Positions 36,569 through 50,496 of a stretch of 64,000 nucleotides of DNA are shown in pieces (position 1 is the first letter of the stretch; every line of letters begins with the position of its first letter). A program made the translations under genes and the position numbers. The notes beneath the pieces were generated by a model, which ran no database searches, had not been told where the DNA came from, and saw only the letters and a list, made by a program, of their open reading frames with translations. This stretch comes from Utricularia gibba (Eukaryota > Plantae > Magnoliophyta). The stretch lies in the NCBI GenBank assembly GCA_002189035.1, contig NEEC01000002.1, positions 1,922,001 to 1,986,000 on the forward strand. Direction: 5' to 3'.

Positions 36569-39500
36569 TTAGAGTTGGGTATGCATACCACGAAGGTAAC
36601 GCGAATCAACTCCTGATTCCCTTGCAAGTGCTACTCTTCCTGTCCGTGCAACCTGAAACCACAGATCTACCATTTCAACTAAAAACAAATGGACTGGATC
36701 AATTTTGTAATGTCGTAGTCTATTTGCCAAAAAAATCACGCCTGTACTTGGGGTAAGCTTTTTTTTTGTAATGAAGGCTAGTTACTATCTAAGTAAGTCT
36801 TCAACGAACTCCCCTACTTTTTCAATTACTTTAGCTTCAAGGTTTCAGAACAAGCATGAATAAATTCCTTGCATGAACCCCACAAAGGACCTGCTACTTG
36901 GAAACTTTTACTATCAAGATGTCACCAAATTTTATGATAGGTTCTTCTAATTCCTTAACACTGGATTGAGCTCAAGTTAAGTAGAAAAATCAAGCGTACC
37001 TCACAGATTCCGTAGGGGTCCAACAGTCTTTGCAGGGCAACCATTTTGTCCAAGTCTCCCGTGAGCTGGGAAGATGAGAATGGAGGAATCATGATGTATC
37101 CAGCAAGTGGAATGAATTACATACACTTGATGGATCAAACCTCCAGGGTAATTGTGTGATCAGAGACATCAACGGTTTTGGCTCTAAATATGCTAGCAAT
37201 ATCAAGAACATCACGACGTGCAGAGGCATTAACAGCAACCTTGATTAACATCAATTCTCGCTCAGCAAATGGGAAGTGCGTTAGATCGTGAACCTAAAAA
37301 ATCACATAGTTGCAGTTTCATGTATTTTCTAAAGAAAACAATAAAATGGACAATTAATCAGGGATAAAAAAAAACTGACGGTCACATGCAGCAGAAATTT
37401 ACTAAAATTTAAAGACAAGAAAATGATCATATCTTTGTCTGCTATGGCTATCAGTGTTTATCCCTTAAAAGCAGTAAGAAACCTGAAAATCCAAGAACGC
37501 CTACGAATGGACTAATCAGTGAATACAGCCCTACAATTCATAACATTAACCCCACCTGGTGAAGATCAACCAGCTTCTCAAGTTGCTTCAGCAACTTGCT
37601 GATGGATTCATCTGTGCCAGGAACAACAGTAGTAATGCGAGAAAGTCCTTCACTTTCAGCACGCCCTACGGCTAAACTCTTAACAAAAAAAAAAAAAAAA
37701 TTCCACTACAATGACTAAGTTGAGAATAGTCAAAGTTGGAAAGATAGCTAAACTTCTTGAGCAAAACTTCAAGAACCTGAATATTATATCCTCTTCGAGC
37801 AAAAACTGCTGTAACCAGGTTAAGAACTCCAGGAGCATCATTGACAAGCATTGATAATGTGTGGGACCGAATGCCACTAGTCTGTAGGACGACTATAATG
37901 CATTAGGAAGAATAACAAGAGGGTGATATTTAACAACCTCACCTTACTGCAATAACCAAAAACAAACATTCAATTAATAATCTATGGTTAAGAAAGATGT
38001 AAGCAGATGAAGGTGTTTTACAAAATCATTTTCAGGCTATTGCAATGCATGAACGATGATCCAAGGCAACATCAACTTTATTTAGAAGCTAAAGAAATCA
38101 CAATCACTTACATCTTCATCATTCAACACTCCCCAATGAGCATCAAGAACTTGATTGAAAGAAATGGTATCACTTGTTTCAACAGGGTAAACGTCTCCCT
38201 TCATGCAACAAATGCACACGTTAAAGCATCAAATCTAACAAATCATACATAACTGTTTTGTTAACAAGCACAGTGAGCAAGTGTACTTCGGAAGGAATGT
38301 CTTGAACAGGAGATTTTAGAGTGGGTGGCATCCTACGAAGTGGCATTTTGACATCCAGATCAGGATACGATGCAGCTGAGAACCGCCAAAAGGGAGCTGA
38401 TTGACCCATCCTTTCTCTTCGCAAGGCAATCTAGCTTAATAAAAAAAATGAGAGGGAAACAGACTTCTAAATACTGACTTGATTCCTCATGAAATTTACC
38501 TTTCCTGTCCTAGCAATCTCTCTTATTCCAAATTTACTTAGATTTCTCTGCAAAGCAACCATCTTTCCAGGATCTCCAGTAACCTATGTAGCATAAAATA
38601 CCGACAATGCAAACAAAGTTGATTGAACTTTTTAGTTAACGAGTGAAACTAGACTGTCCTGAGATCCACTGTTGCAACAAGAAAAGAAGAACCCTTAAGA
38701 TGGTGACTGGTAAGGAAAATTGTTATCTGCAACATATTGCAATAGACATGCATATGAAATATGTTTATAAATGTAACTTCTAAAAGCAGAATTAACTCTC
38801 ACCTCAATAGTCAGTGAGTCATCAGAGATATCAACAATTTTTGCCCTGAAAATGTCGACTAACCACATCACCTGGAGATTAATCAAAGAAAAATAATGAC
38901 AATAAGAACAGTGGATGGAAACGGTTAAATTCAACAAGCTCCTAATGAATTATCAAACACAGCCCCTTCTGAAGTTGATGACAGATTCATAATGACGTAA
39001 TGTATTAACAGTGTAGCAAAACTGTTCAAAGCATTACCTCCGCTCTGCAATTTGGATCAGCATTGATCTTGATAAGCATCAATTCACGTTCCACATGAGG
39101 CTCCTTTGATATATCATCAACCTGATTTCCAAAAAAAGTGAGATGTTTTCTTTCAAAAACCCCTTTAAAAAAATACGTGCCAATCATAGCTGTCACATCC
39201 AACAAAAGGAATGGATTTTGCTTATTAGAAGCAATATGATACAGAACTGGAGCATTCTGTGGATTATCCTCTTCAAGAGGCAACCAATTACTTATCATAG
39301 AAAAGGAAGCAACTAGAACAGGCATCCATGATACATAGAACATGAGAGCGGGATTTTTCTGGGCAGAGACTTTAGTTTTGTAATCTTTTTATGTAGTATC
39401 ATTAGGCTTAAGTCTTTCCTTATTCTTGTCCTTTGGAAACGTTTCTGGGTTTTTTTTTTCAACTATCAACTAGAACACATCTCTAGTCATTTTCATCCTT

Positions 39501-40712
39501 GCTCCTCTCATAGCTATTGCCAAGTTTGGGGACCATCCACCCTCACAGATTTTCGTTTTTTCTATACCTTACACTTCAAAAAAAGGCCTCAATTTGTGCC
39601 GATAATGTTATGTCTAGGGACTTCACATCTCCCCTCTGAAAACAACATGGGATTTTCCTAAACGCCGTACACAATGAGATTAGCTAAATAACAGAAGGCA
39701 ATGGTTTGAATCAAACTGCGTTTAGCCAAGCAAGATTTACAGAAGCTACGGGCCCTATATGGTTAATCTTTTTCCATCCATTCTTTCTCAGATTTCAGGA
39801 GATTATACTATTTAACACAATTTCAACATAGGAACCACCTAATCTGAGAAAAAACTGTTTTTTATTGCATTACCACATACCACAAACGAGGTAAGAATAA
39901 ATGATCAAGAGTAAGATGGTCACCTTTAGTACGTTCACAAGCTTCTTCAGCTGTTCCATAACTTGGTGTAGCACCTTTTCAGTTCCAGATACAACTATAG
40001 TAAAGAGAGCCTTATCCTTGTTTAGTCCAACTGCCAGAGATTCAATGTTGTACCCTCTCCGAGCAAAAACTCCAGCTATTCGGTTGATCATTCCACTTTC
40101 ATCACCAACAAATACAGAGATGGCGTGGCGTTTCACCCTGATTCATAATCATTGTCGAATACATACTGTTCAGATGCCTTAGGAGGGATTGCAGCATTAG
40201 GAAAGATTGAACAGAACAATTAAAAAACAATTCAAGGCAAATGGGCAAAATCTACCGTAGACAGCGAGAAGAACTCAGAACGTGAGTTTTAAGTTCATTT
40301 TGGACCACGGATGATACGGCTATGAAAATTTCATATAAAAAATTTGAACAGTACCAGCCATGAAACCCAGGTGCTAAAAATTTCTTGTGTACGAAACGCG
40401 GAATCATTTGCTCCTACTTCGAATCCAAACAACATAAAAACCAACAGCAGATACTGAAATATTTAATGATGACCAGTGTGTGTACTTTGAGCTTCCTGTA
40501 GAACCAGAGGACGGGGCGGCCAGAGATGTTCCCGAAACTGAAAGAGCAGCATTCTGTGGCTGCTTGTGATTGTCGCTTGAACTGTGAGCACAAATAGCTA
40601 AGCCATTTGCGGGTTTTGAAGGTAAGTTTGGAGAACTAAGATTATGGGAAATCATGTTCCTGGAGTGCCAGGAAGTGGCAAACGCTGTAGAATAGAAGGG
40701 CATGGATGCCAT
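36569..40712 (-). CDS. AHASS: Acetolactate synthase (AHAS) small regulatory subunit with two ACT repeats, plastid-targeted
   Basis: [87 protein letters not shown] and [17 protein letters not shown]; TAA at 36571-36569. Confidence 0.96.
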
Positions 40713-42758
40713 TGCTGGATTTAAGCGCTTAACCCTTCTTTCAGGCTATGGGGTGGCACCTCATATGAAATGAGTGCAGTTTACCTACTCCATTACAAAT
40801 AAAGGAAGAAACCGAACCTTCCAGCAACAAAATTACGCACTTAGACAAACAAAAAAAAGTTCTTTTTTTTTTAACCCCGTAGAAGAGGAGGCGAATCAGT
40901 AGGCATAATGCACAAGAAATCAAGAAATTCGTGACAGAATGGGCTGTGTCCGAAACCACTGAAAGAAGAACACGAAGATTGTGATCCATACAATCGATAA
41001 AAAGTTGGCCCAAGGAGAAGCCAGTAATCTACCACGTGTTCACAGTTCTCGAGGTGAAGTAAAAAACACCAATGTCTTCACGATTGTAACTCCGAAGAAC
41101 TGGCTTCTATCCTGATGAGCGTTGTTCGAAGGTATGGAATGATGATGTCGAGCCTTCTAAAACCTTGTCCTCATCATGGAGACATAACCCAGATTTTTGT
41201 GGTTCTTTTTATCCCCCTTTGGGAAGTCTTCCGTTCTGAGCCTTCTATTCAATCGCATGGCAACAAAACCGCGACGACAACAGATCATAGAGAAATCAGA
41301 CGGCGGAGGTATGAGTTGAACGAAGAAGATGATTTCAACTAGCCCAAAACCTCTCTCAAAAACATCCACCTACTTGTGCATGGGATCTATAAATAAAAGA
41401 ATGCAGTTGGATGAGGGGATTTTAACACCATCTTTATTTCTTTTATTAAATGTTGATATGGTATTTTTTAATTGAATTATTAAGTTTTGGTTAGATTTGT
41501 ATATATTTTCGAAAACCGTAATATTAAAATAAATATTATAAACTATATTTTAAACCATTTTCAAAAGAAAATTAAGTTTCTTCATTTTCGTTTCCAAAAA
41601 AAAATTAAAAAACAAGATTAATCATTTCCGAAATATTTACCTCATTTCCGGAAATGATACATCAGCATTTGCGGAAACGAATAAATATACTCTAATCGAA
41701 CTATGAATTATAAAAAGATAAAACCCTAAAATCATAACAATTGTATTGTTCAAAATGAATGACATTATAGAAATAAAATATGAATCATGATAAATAAAAG
41801 CGACAAAACATGAAATGGAAACAATGAAAAAATTAGAGATTTAAATATGGCTATTATAATTAAATAAAATATAATTTATATTATATTTAAATAGTCTTAA
41901 TTTTTAAAATTAACTTTGTTTTAATTAAAATATAAGATAATTATATATTAATCTGAAAGTAAAAAATGAAAATCTAGAAATGAAATAAAATATATTATTT
42001 AATTTTATGTTTTGTAAAGGAAGACAGGAGGGGTTGAGTTTGGGAGTTAAAAACCGCCTGTTTTGAATTTAGGGTTGGAATGAATATTCACTAAACCCAA
42101 TTGAAATCAATTTGGATGGCAACAAAACAGGATCAGAAGAGAATGTCGGCTCTCCAGTCCCAAGGAAGAAGATACGGAGGGAGAGTGTCTTCTCTGCATG
42201 GTCATGTGCCGGCAATGTCAACAAGGTTACCGTAGAGATAGATAGCTATTTTTACTCTCGGGCAAATTGGAATTTTCTTTTTTTTGCGTTAAAGACTAAA
42301 AACGGATGTCGGTTCTTGAGTGCAGCGACGGCATTCGCGGCCCACCGGTTACATCAATGCAGCAAGAGAATCCTTGTTTTCGTCCCCTCATCATCTCCTT
42401 TTTTGATCCTTCATTTTCTTTTTTTTTTCTGAGAAGAAGAGATGTGGGAAATCGTAGCTGCAAATTTTCTGCTTTTCTAGGTCTTTGTCTCCAATCAATG
42501 CCACCCCTTTCAAGCGTAAGCGTCTTATTTTCTGGATTCTGATACGCCAGCAACCCAAAAACTACCTGCATTACTGATTTTAATTTTCTGGGGTAAGGCA
42601 GTTATTTCTGAAAGTACCCATTGATATTGATCTCATGAATCATGTAAAGCTATTGTTTTGGTTTCAGAAAACAAGAATCCCATATTTATAGGTTGAAATC
42701 TGGTTGGGAAACGACCTCTGCCTGGTGTTATTTTGGAGGAAAAATAGAAACAAGAGCG

Positions 42759-45585
42759 ATGGACGTTGCCTCTCAGTTGAAGCGCGGAATATCACGGCAG
42801 TTCTCAACGGGGTCGTTGAGAATGCGTGGGATGAGTTTCCGGCGCCAAAATTCGCTTGATCCTCGGCGGAACAATTTCAGATTTAGCTTCGGGCGCCAAT
42901 CATCGATGGACCCAATTAGGCGTAGCCCCATAGATGATGGAGAGGAATGCTCTGGCAGGCTTACAGTGCCTGAGAATCTTGATAGCACAATGCAGCTTTT
43001 GTTTTTGGCGTGCCAAGGGGACGTAGAAGGGTTGAAGGACTTATTGGATAAAGGTGTTGATGTGAATAGTATTGATTTGGATGGAAGGACAGCGCTACAC
43101 ATTGCAGCTTGTGAGGGACATGTGGAGGTCGTCACGCTTTTGTTGAGTAGGAAAGCGAATATTGATGCTAGAGATCGATGGGGCAGCACGGTAGTTAATT
43201 CTGCTAATTGCTGTTTTCATATTGTTTGTTATAATCTAGTATCATGGCATGCGTTTAATTCTGCTAATCACTGGTGTTTCCTGTTGCTTGATGCATCAGT
43301 TTTTTGTTATCTTCCTGTGTGATAGGCTGTCGCCGATGCCAAATATTATGGGAATACAGCTGTTTACAATATTTTGAAGGCGCGTGGAGCCAAGATACCA
43401 GTGAGTGTGAATTCTGATTCCTTTGTAATAAGTAATTCGTTTATATTTGTGTTGGTAATAGTGATTTTTTGTTGGGTAATCCTAGAAAACCAGGAAGACA
43501 CCCATGGCTGTCGCTAATCCACGTGAAGTTCCGGAGTATGAGCTTAATCCTTCGGATATTCAAATACGTCGAAGTGATGGCATCTCCAAGGTAAGCATAT
43601 ATATGTAGAACATTCCGCAAATATTTTTGGTATTCAAGTTCTGTTAGGCGCGTAGCATGGGTGATCATTAAATATGTCTGTAGGTGGTTCTTTTCTTAAA
43701 TAATAAAAGTGAGATCATATGCCCAGATCATATTATCTTCATCTTTGATGCTAGGGATGCTATCAAGTTGCGAAGTGGAATGGGACAAAAGTTTCTGTAA
43801 AAATTCTAGATAAAGATGCTCATCTTGACCCTGAATCAATGTATGTGATATATTATGTTTTTGTATTTGTTTCTTAATGAGATATTGTCATCTGATAACA
43901 GAAATTTGATGAAAGATTACTTGCATTGCAATGCAGAAATATTTTCAGGCAGGAACTTACCTTGTTAGAAAAGGTTCGGCATCCAAATGTAGTTCAGTTT
44001 ATTGGCGCTGTCACACAAAATACACCCATGATGATTGTTTTGGAATATCATTCAAAAGTAATTATCTTTCTCTTCTTTTTAAGTGCACCTGCTCTATGTA
44101 TCTTTCTTTTTCCCTGTGTACCTTGATCCAATCTCTAGAGCTTTATGCACGTTCACATCCATGCCTCCTACATTATTTCAGTTTCCGTATGTGCTATCTC
44201 AGTTAATTAATTATTTATGGCTGTGACTGGGCTCCCTGATGATCATCCATCGGGGAGCACTCTTTATCTTATGTTTTGCTACAAGCGAGATTAGCCACCC
44301 CTCACTTGCATTACTGGCAATCTCTAGGGGGACCTGGCAGGCTACCTTCAGAAAAAGGGACGTTTGTCTCCTTCAAAGGCAATAAGATTTGCATTGGAAA
44401 TCGCCAGGTTTTCCCCATTTCAAATGTCTTGCCATCTTCAATTTAAGTTACATTTTGCGTAACCCCGTTTGCTTACACTAGTTTTATCTAGGGGTATGAA
44501 TTATCTCCATGAATGCAAGCCTGAACCGATTATACATTGTGACTTAAAGCCAAAGTAAGGCAACTGGAATATTTTGAGATACTTCAGTGTATTATCACTT
44601 GGAATGCCTTTTTAATATTTGCACTCCTGGTAAGGTGCCAGAAATATTTTGCTAGGTTTTGGAGGACAGCTGAAAGTTTCTGGATTTGGAGTTCTTCGGA
44701 TGTCCACCATCTCACCTGATAAAGCACAAATCATGCAACCAGAGGCCATAGACATCACCAGTGAGTTTCAGAAAACTGCTGAGTCGTTTCTTTACCGTAG
44801 CCAGTTTTTACTAATGCGCATTTTCTGTATAACCCATTGCTAAAAGCCACCCATCCTTATGCTGCAATTGACTTTTTCCCCCTTTTTTTATAAAATGAAG
44901 GTTACTATGTTGCTCCTGAACTCTACAAAAACGAAATATTTGACAGAAGCGTCGATGTGCATTCGTTTGCTATCATGCTGTATGAGGTACCATACCAAGA
45001 GGAGGAAGAATTATGCTATTTACTTACCTCCAAGTTCCTCCAAGAGGAGGAAGAATCATGCAGCATGAGTTCCCTAACCATTGGATCCTGATGTCTTAGA
45101 TGATGGAGGGATCCGCTCCATTTTCCTCCAAGTCTCCAGAAGAGGCCACTAAATTAATATGCTTGGAAGAACGAAGACCCACAATCAAATCAAAATCAAA
45201 ATCTTTTCCAGCAGAGCTAAAAGAGTGAGTGATTCTCTTATGTAATGCATGTGCACTGTTTCCCAGTTTTTCAATCATTCATTGCCTCCACCTGACCATA
45301 ACAGCTTGATCGAAGAATGCTGGAACCCGGATCCAGCAAAGAGGCCATCATTTGCAGAGATCATCACAGGGCTGGATAAAATCGTCGTGAACTGCACCAA
45401 ACAAGGATGGTGGAAAGACACCTTCAGGCTCCCATGGTACGTTCATCATCATCCTAACAATACTCCACCCATCAATCTGCATGAGACAGATTTAGCTATT
45501 TTCCTAGCAACATCGAATATGTGAATGGGGGCCTCACTAAATGGCTGCTGATCTGTTGCAAATGCTTATGGTTTGCAGGAAGTAG
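42759..45585 (+). CDS. ILK1: Integrin-linked kinase-like ankyrin protein kinase (ILK1 clade)
   Basis: QLKRGISRQFSTGS, FSFGRQSSMDP, ankyrin DLDGRTALHIAACEG, HPNVVQFIGAVTQ, IIHCDLKPKNILL, LKVSGFG, YYVAPE and WWKDTFRLPWK*. Confidence 0.96.
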
Positions 45586-46802
45586 AAGTGATGGGTGACG
45601 ACACACATACTATGTACTGCTACTAGTTAAAAGGGAAGTAGATTTACTGTGCTGCATGTCGCTTGTTACAGTGGAAGCAACACACACAAAGCCTATATTT
45701 GTCCATTAGAGACGCCATTTCCCCTCTCGTCCAATGCACCCTCCTTTTGAACACGCTTATCCGTTTCCGTTACAATTCGTTGGGCAATAACAACTGCTCG
45801 ACCCGACCCCCAGCAACCAAAACTGTTCTGTTCCAAAGCTTGTGGAGGTGGGCTCGGGCACGGTTCAACTCCTTAACCCAGCGAGTTGACCTACCTCTGA
45901 CCCGGGTCTCGGCTCCAGATTTTTCCCATTTAGTGATAGAATTTTTATCATCAAATTGACACCATTAAAAATGAAAATGGTTTAACATAAAATAATATTT
46001 TATATGCTTTTTATCAGATGAAACCTCACTTTCTTTTAGAAAAAAAAAAGAAATGGACACTAGTGACGATAAACGGGGCCCCACAACACAACCTAAGCTT
46101 ATATAAATTTACACTTTGGATAAAAAAAGGAAAGGTGCAATGGAGGTGGGACGTGACGCGTGGATGACATAAAGGGGAAGCCACTTTAGCTTTAGGGATG
46201 CTGAATGCGTTCATCGTCTTTGTTGGCTTGGAGCAGTCCACATGGTGCGGTGAATGTTGATGATGATAAGGAAAAGCCAGCCGGCGTCCGCTTTCCCTTT
46301 TGGATTGGGATTGTGTTGAATAGATGCCACCACCAGCCAGCCAGCCTTTTTCTCTCCATCCCAATGCTGCTCCTACTCTTCCTGTACAATGTTCCAAAAA
46401 AATTTCAATTTTGGATTCGATTCAAAAAAATGAAATTTCGTTTTGATCCAACACATGCAAGATAATGCATTGCTTCAGCACATGAGGCTACCTTGTAGTG
46501 TAGAGATTTCAAAAATATGCTTACTGAATTTCTCAATACACAAACGAACTTTTCCATTATGGGTTTGAAGAAGATGATGCAAGATAATGAAAAGTGGTTT
46601 TTGGTGTTAGTATTAGAGGATTCAAATCTTGAAAAGTACCTTCAAGGCAAAGCAAGAGGGAGCACTTGCAGTGTGGCGTTGCCAATAGTAGGGGGGGTGA
46701 TGCACTCTGCTTTTTGTTCTTTCGTTGGATTGCTCCACAGTTTGAAGGATCTTTGAATCCGCCTGCTTCCCTTTCGTCGCTCCTTTCTTTCCGGTTCTTG
46801 TA

Positions 46803-47968
46803 ATGGATCCTCCGACCGTGTCATCCTCAGACTCCAAGCTTCTTTTCATGTTTCTTCTCCTTGCCTCACTCTCTCCTGGTGAGTTCCATGCCTTGTCGCG
46901 GCTGCTGCCTCTGCCCATGTAACTAACTCAACTTCATTGTCAGTGCTAGATGGTTTAGGCTCATTGGATTCGGGCTCCAGCGTTAATACATTCAATCCTG
47001 CCACGGCGGGCTCCGGTGCATACCCATCCAATCCGGCGGCGGCTGGCTCCGGTGGGTATCCATTCAGTCCTGGGATGGCGGGTTCCGGTGGTTATCCATC
47101 GAATCCAGTGACGCCTGGCTCTGGTGCATACCCATCTAATAATCCTGTGATGGCACCAACAGTAGTCACAGTGCCGATTCCATCAAGCACAGCGGGGAGC
47201 GGGAGCGGGAGCTGGTGCGTAGCCGTAGCGATGAGCGGGGCGACGGAAGCAGCGCTGCAAGCGGCACTCGACTACGCGTGCGGAATCGGTGGCGTCGACT
47301 GCTCGGTTCTTCAGCCCGGAGCTAACTGCTTTTATCCAGACACTTTGCAGAACCATGCGTCGGTAGCTTTCAACGCTTACTATCAGAGGAATCCCCTGCC
47401 CAGCAGCTGTGACTTTGGAGGCACTGCATTCATTACGAACGTCAACCCAAGTCCTCCCTCGCTCACCACCTTGAACTTCTCCCTGTTTAAAAATCATTCT
47501 GCTTAATCTTGAATGGTTGATCGAATTGTAGGCTTCGGATCTTGCATTTTCACGACATGGTCACCGTCCACGGTGTCGCCAGGGATGGCCTCTCCCATCA
47601 CAGTGAACCCGCAACCAACTCCAGCTATACAGCCACTACCACCTACAGGGTAAGGAAACCTCGACTCTGTATTCAACTAGTCATTCTTACCGAATAAGGC
47701 TTTTCGGGTGTGCAGGGGGTATGGAGCCCCACCAACCATCTTGAACATCACCAACCCTGCAATGGGAAGCAGCATCAACAACGGCTATGGTGAAAATCCC
47801 CCCATCCTGAACATCACCAACCCTGCCATGGGAAACAGTATCAACAACGGCTATGGTGAAACCCCCCAGATCAGCAACTCATGCCCAGCTTCAACGTTTA
47901 ACATCATGTCACAGCCCTATTCTGGGCTTATCTTCACTTTGTTGGCATTTGCTGCACGGATTTATTAA
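46803..47968 (+). CDS. Secreted X8 (CBM43) domain protein, PDCB-like, with two internal repeat arrays and a hydrophobic (GPI-type) tail
   Basis: Signal exon from 46803; SWCVA..LQAALDYACGIGGVDCS..CFYPDTLQNHASVAFNAYYQ..CDFGGTA; exons resume at about 47532 and 47715; ends GLIFTLLAFAARIY*. Confidence 0.92.
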
Positions 47969-50496
47969 TCAGATGAAGCTGGCTCACTGGGATGTATAGC
48001 TTTCTGTGATGGAATAGGTTTCCTGACTCCAAAATATCTTGTACTAGCACCTCACAAAAGAATACATGACACAGGAATAGTTGCTGGCAAAATGCACCAG
48101 AATGAAAGCATGAAAGAATGAAAACTTCTCCACAGTTCATACAGAGGGGTGAAGCTCTTTGTTCACAAAACCAAGATCAACATAGACATCGAAATCCCTA
48201 TCTCGAAACCTGCGTCCAATCAGAGGCAGCGAAAGTCTCTGAAACAGAGAAAACAGTGAAATGAACCAAGAATCAGTGCATACAAAAATACCACGGCGGA
48301 GAATCAGAAGCCGTCTCCCTGAGTTGCCGCCGGATTTCATTTCAGCAGACCCTTCCAAAAACCAAACTTACTGCGAGTGTTGAATATAAAAAATAAATAA
48401 TAATAATAATAATTGGGCCATCCTCTAGCCCATTAATAGCAAACTGGATTGATCAAAGCTCATCAAAATGGGCCTCTTCTTAGGCCCACTCCAATTACAC
48501 CAATAAGCGTAAATATTAAAACTAAAATTAATATTTTCATATGGTATGAGATTCCATTAATATTTTTTTAAAAAAATATTATTAATTATATATAATAAAT
48601 TCATACTGTCAGCTGAATTATATATTATATATTACATTCAAAGACCAATTATTAGTTGTAAAAATGGTTTGGTTAGGCGTTGGCGATGCGTGAGCGGAGC
48701 GTGGACAGCTCAGCCATGTGGTGGAACTGAGTGTTTGTCACCACGCGCGCCAAAAAGCGCGTGATCAGGATGTCTATTCCCGGTAGTTTTCATTCCGGAC
48801 TGCCACCTCATCAGTGTTTTCCCAACACGACAAGTCATCCTCGTGGAGTCCTCCGAATTGTTATTATGTCATTAAATTGATTTCTTTAATTAATTGTATC
48901 TCACCCACCTCCCCTAACTCATCTTTCGATACCCTTTTGGGAGCCTTCGCCCACCACTCCAACAAATAAAAAAATGAATTTTTATATTTTTTTAAAAATT
49001 AAAAATTAATTCACTTTTTCTAATAAAATTACTTTTGAAACGTTTTTTTTATATCATTTAATGAACCAAAATTTTCACTATTCAGATATAGAAATCAAGT
49101 CAATTCTAGAATACGACAAACGCTTGTAGATGAGGATGATGATCAAGTTAATCAGCCCCAATGTCACCATCAATAGACCCTCCATCCGATCCAATCCCAC
49201 CCCCTAAGTCAATAAAAACTCATCTAATTTTACTTGAAACTTATCTTCATCCAAGCCAACGAAATTCGACTAATCCTTCACGTTTCTAGATTTATGGTAT
49301 ATTATCCGTTTCGATCATACAATTCTCATTATTTAAAAAAGATTGTCTATAAAATTTAGCATAATCTATCTATTTAAACACATTCTTTCTTTCCTGTCTG
49401 TCTGCGGTATACCTTCACAATGAGTTTCACCACTATTCATGAATTTGTGTATAATGAATGTTTATTATAGAATCATCCATGATTTCAAACAAAAAAACGA
49501 AACCGTTATCAAACCGGGGCGGATGAGCCGGGTTGCCATCGGAAGCGGACCCCTGACCGGTTAACCGGATTTGACAGCGTAGCTTAACACTGCATGTTGT
49601 ATTAGGTGTGTGTCGGGGGGGGGGGGGGCGATGGATCCTCCCAAATCAGGGCAGCACGTGGGCAGTCATCAGAATCCCGGTTGATGGCACAATAAGGGAG
49701 TGGGTTACCCTGAGAACCGAGCCCCAGCTCCTAAAGGTGACATACTACTACAGGTAACCAGTTTCAGATGACTGGTAACTGCGGTGGGATGAAGAATTTG
49801 GAAGTTTTGTGGTCACGTGGGTGGACGGAAAAGGGCGGTGGGAGCACCAATCTGGCATCTCCGAGGAGTCTGATGGTTTCCGGCGTGGACTCCGGCACCA
49901 GGATCTGATACCCGGCTCCTGGTTTATTGTGTTCACAGTTGTATCTTGAAGGATGATGAATGGTTTTTGTGGGAGGTGTAATATGTACACTTTTAACCCC
50001 TGCAGACCTCCCAAAAGAAAGATACTGGAATATGGAAATTGACATAGCAGACAAGCCCAAAGGTGCTGAATTTATTGTAGCACATGATTCCTTCACCTGC
50101 GAGGCTCACATGGGGTTCCCCCCAAATGTGGTACCTGTGCCAGTTTGCAGCGCAGAGATGGCAAAGAAGGAAAGGGAGAAAGAATGGAGGGTGTGTGTGT
50201 ATGCACAAAGCGCAATCAATTCAAATGAATAATAGTTTGTTCCATGCTTACAAGTAACCATTCAAACCAATTCAAGAACCAGACTATAGAGACAAAGCAG
50301 AGGGAAAGGAAAGGGAAGGGAAGGGAAGGAATGAAGACACCAGCGCAGCGCAGCATAGTATAGTATCTTCCTCTTGTCTTGCGCCTTCCTGCCACACCGT
50401 GATCATACAACAGCATGCATAGAATTCATACATACATCAACAAATGGAACTGGAAAAGATGCAACATATTTCAGACATGAACCAAATCCTTCCTCA

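Noticed and set aside
41139-41245. ATGATGA ... CTGA pair resembling a C/D snoRNA on +
   Set aside because: No convincing terminal stem, C'/D' boxes or recognisable rRNA guide.
44520-44700. ILK kinase has HCD and GFG in place of HRD and DFG
   Set aside because: Established features of plant ILK1-4-type kinases; not novel.
45862-45873. GGTTCAACTCC tRNA T-loop-like motif
   Set aside because: The T stem pairs at only 3 of 5 positions and there is no D arm, anticodon arm or acceptor stem.
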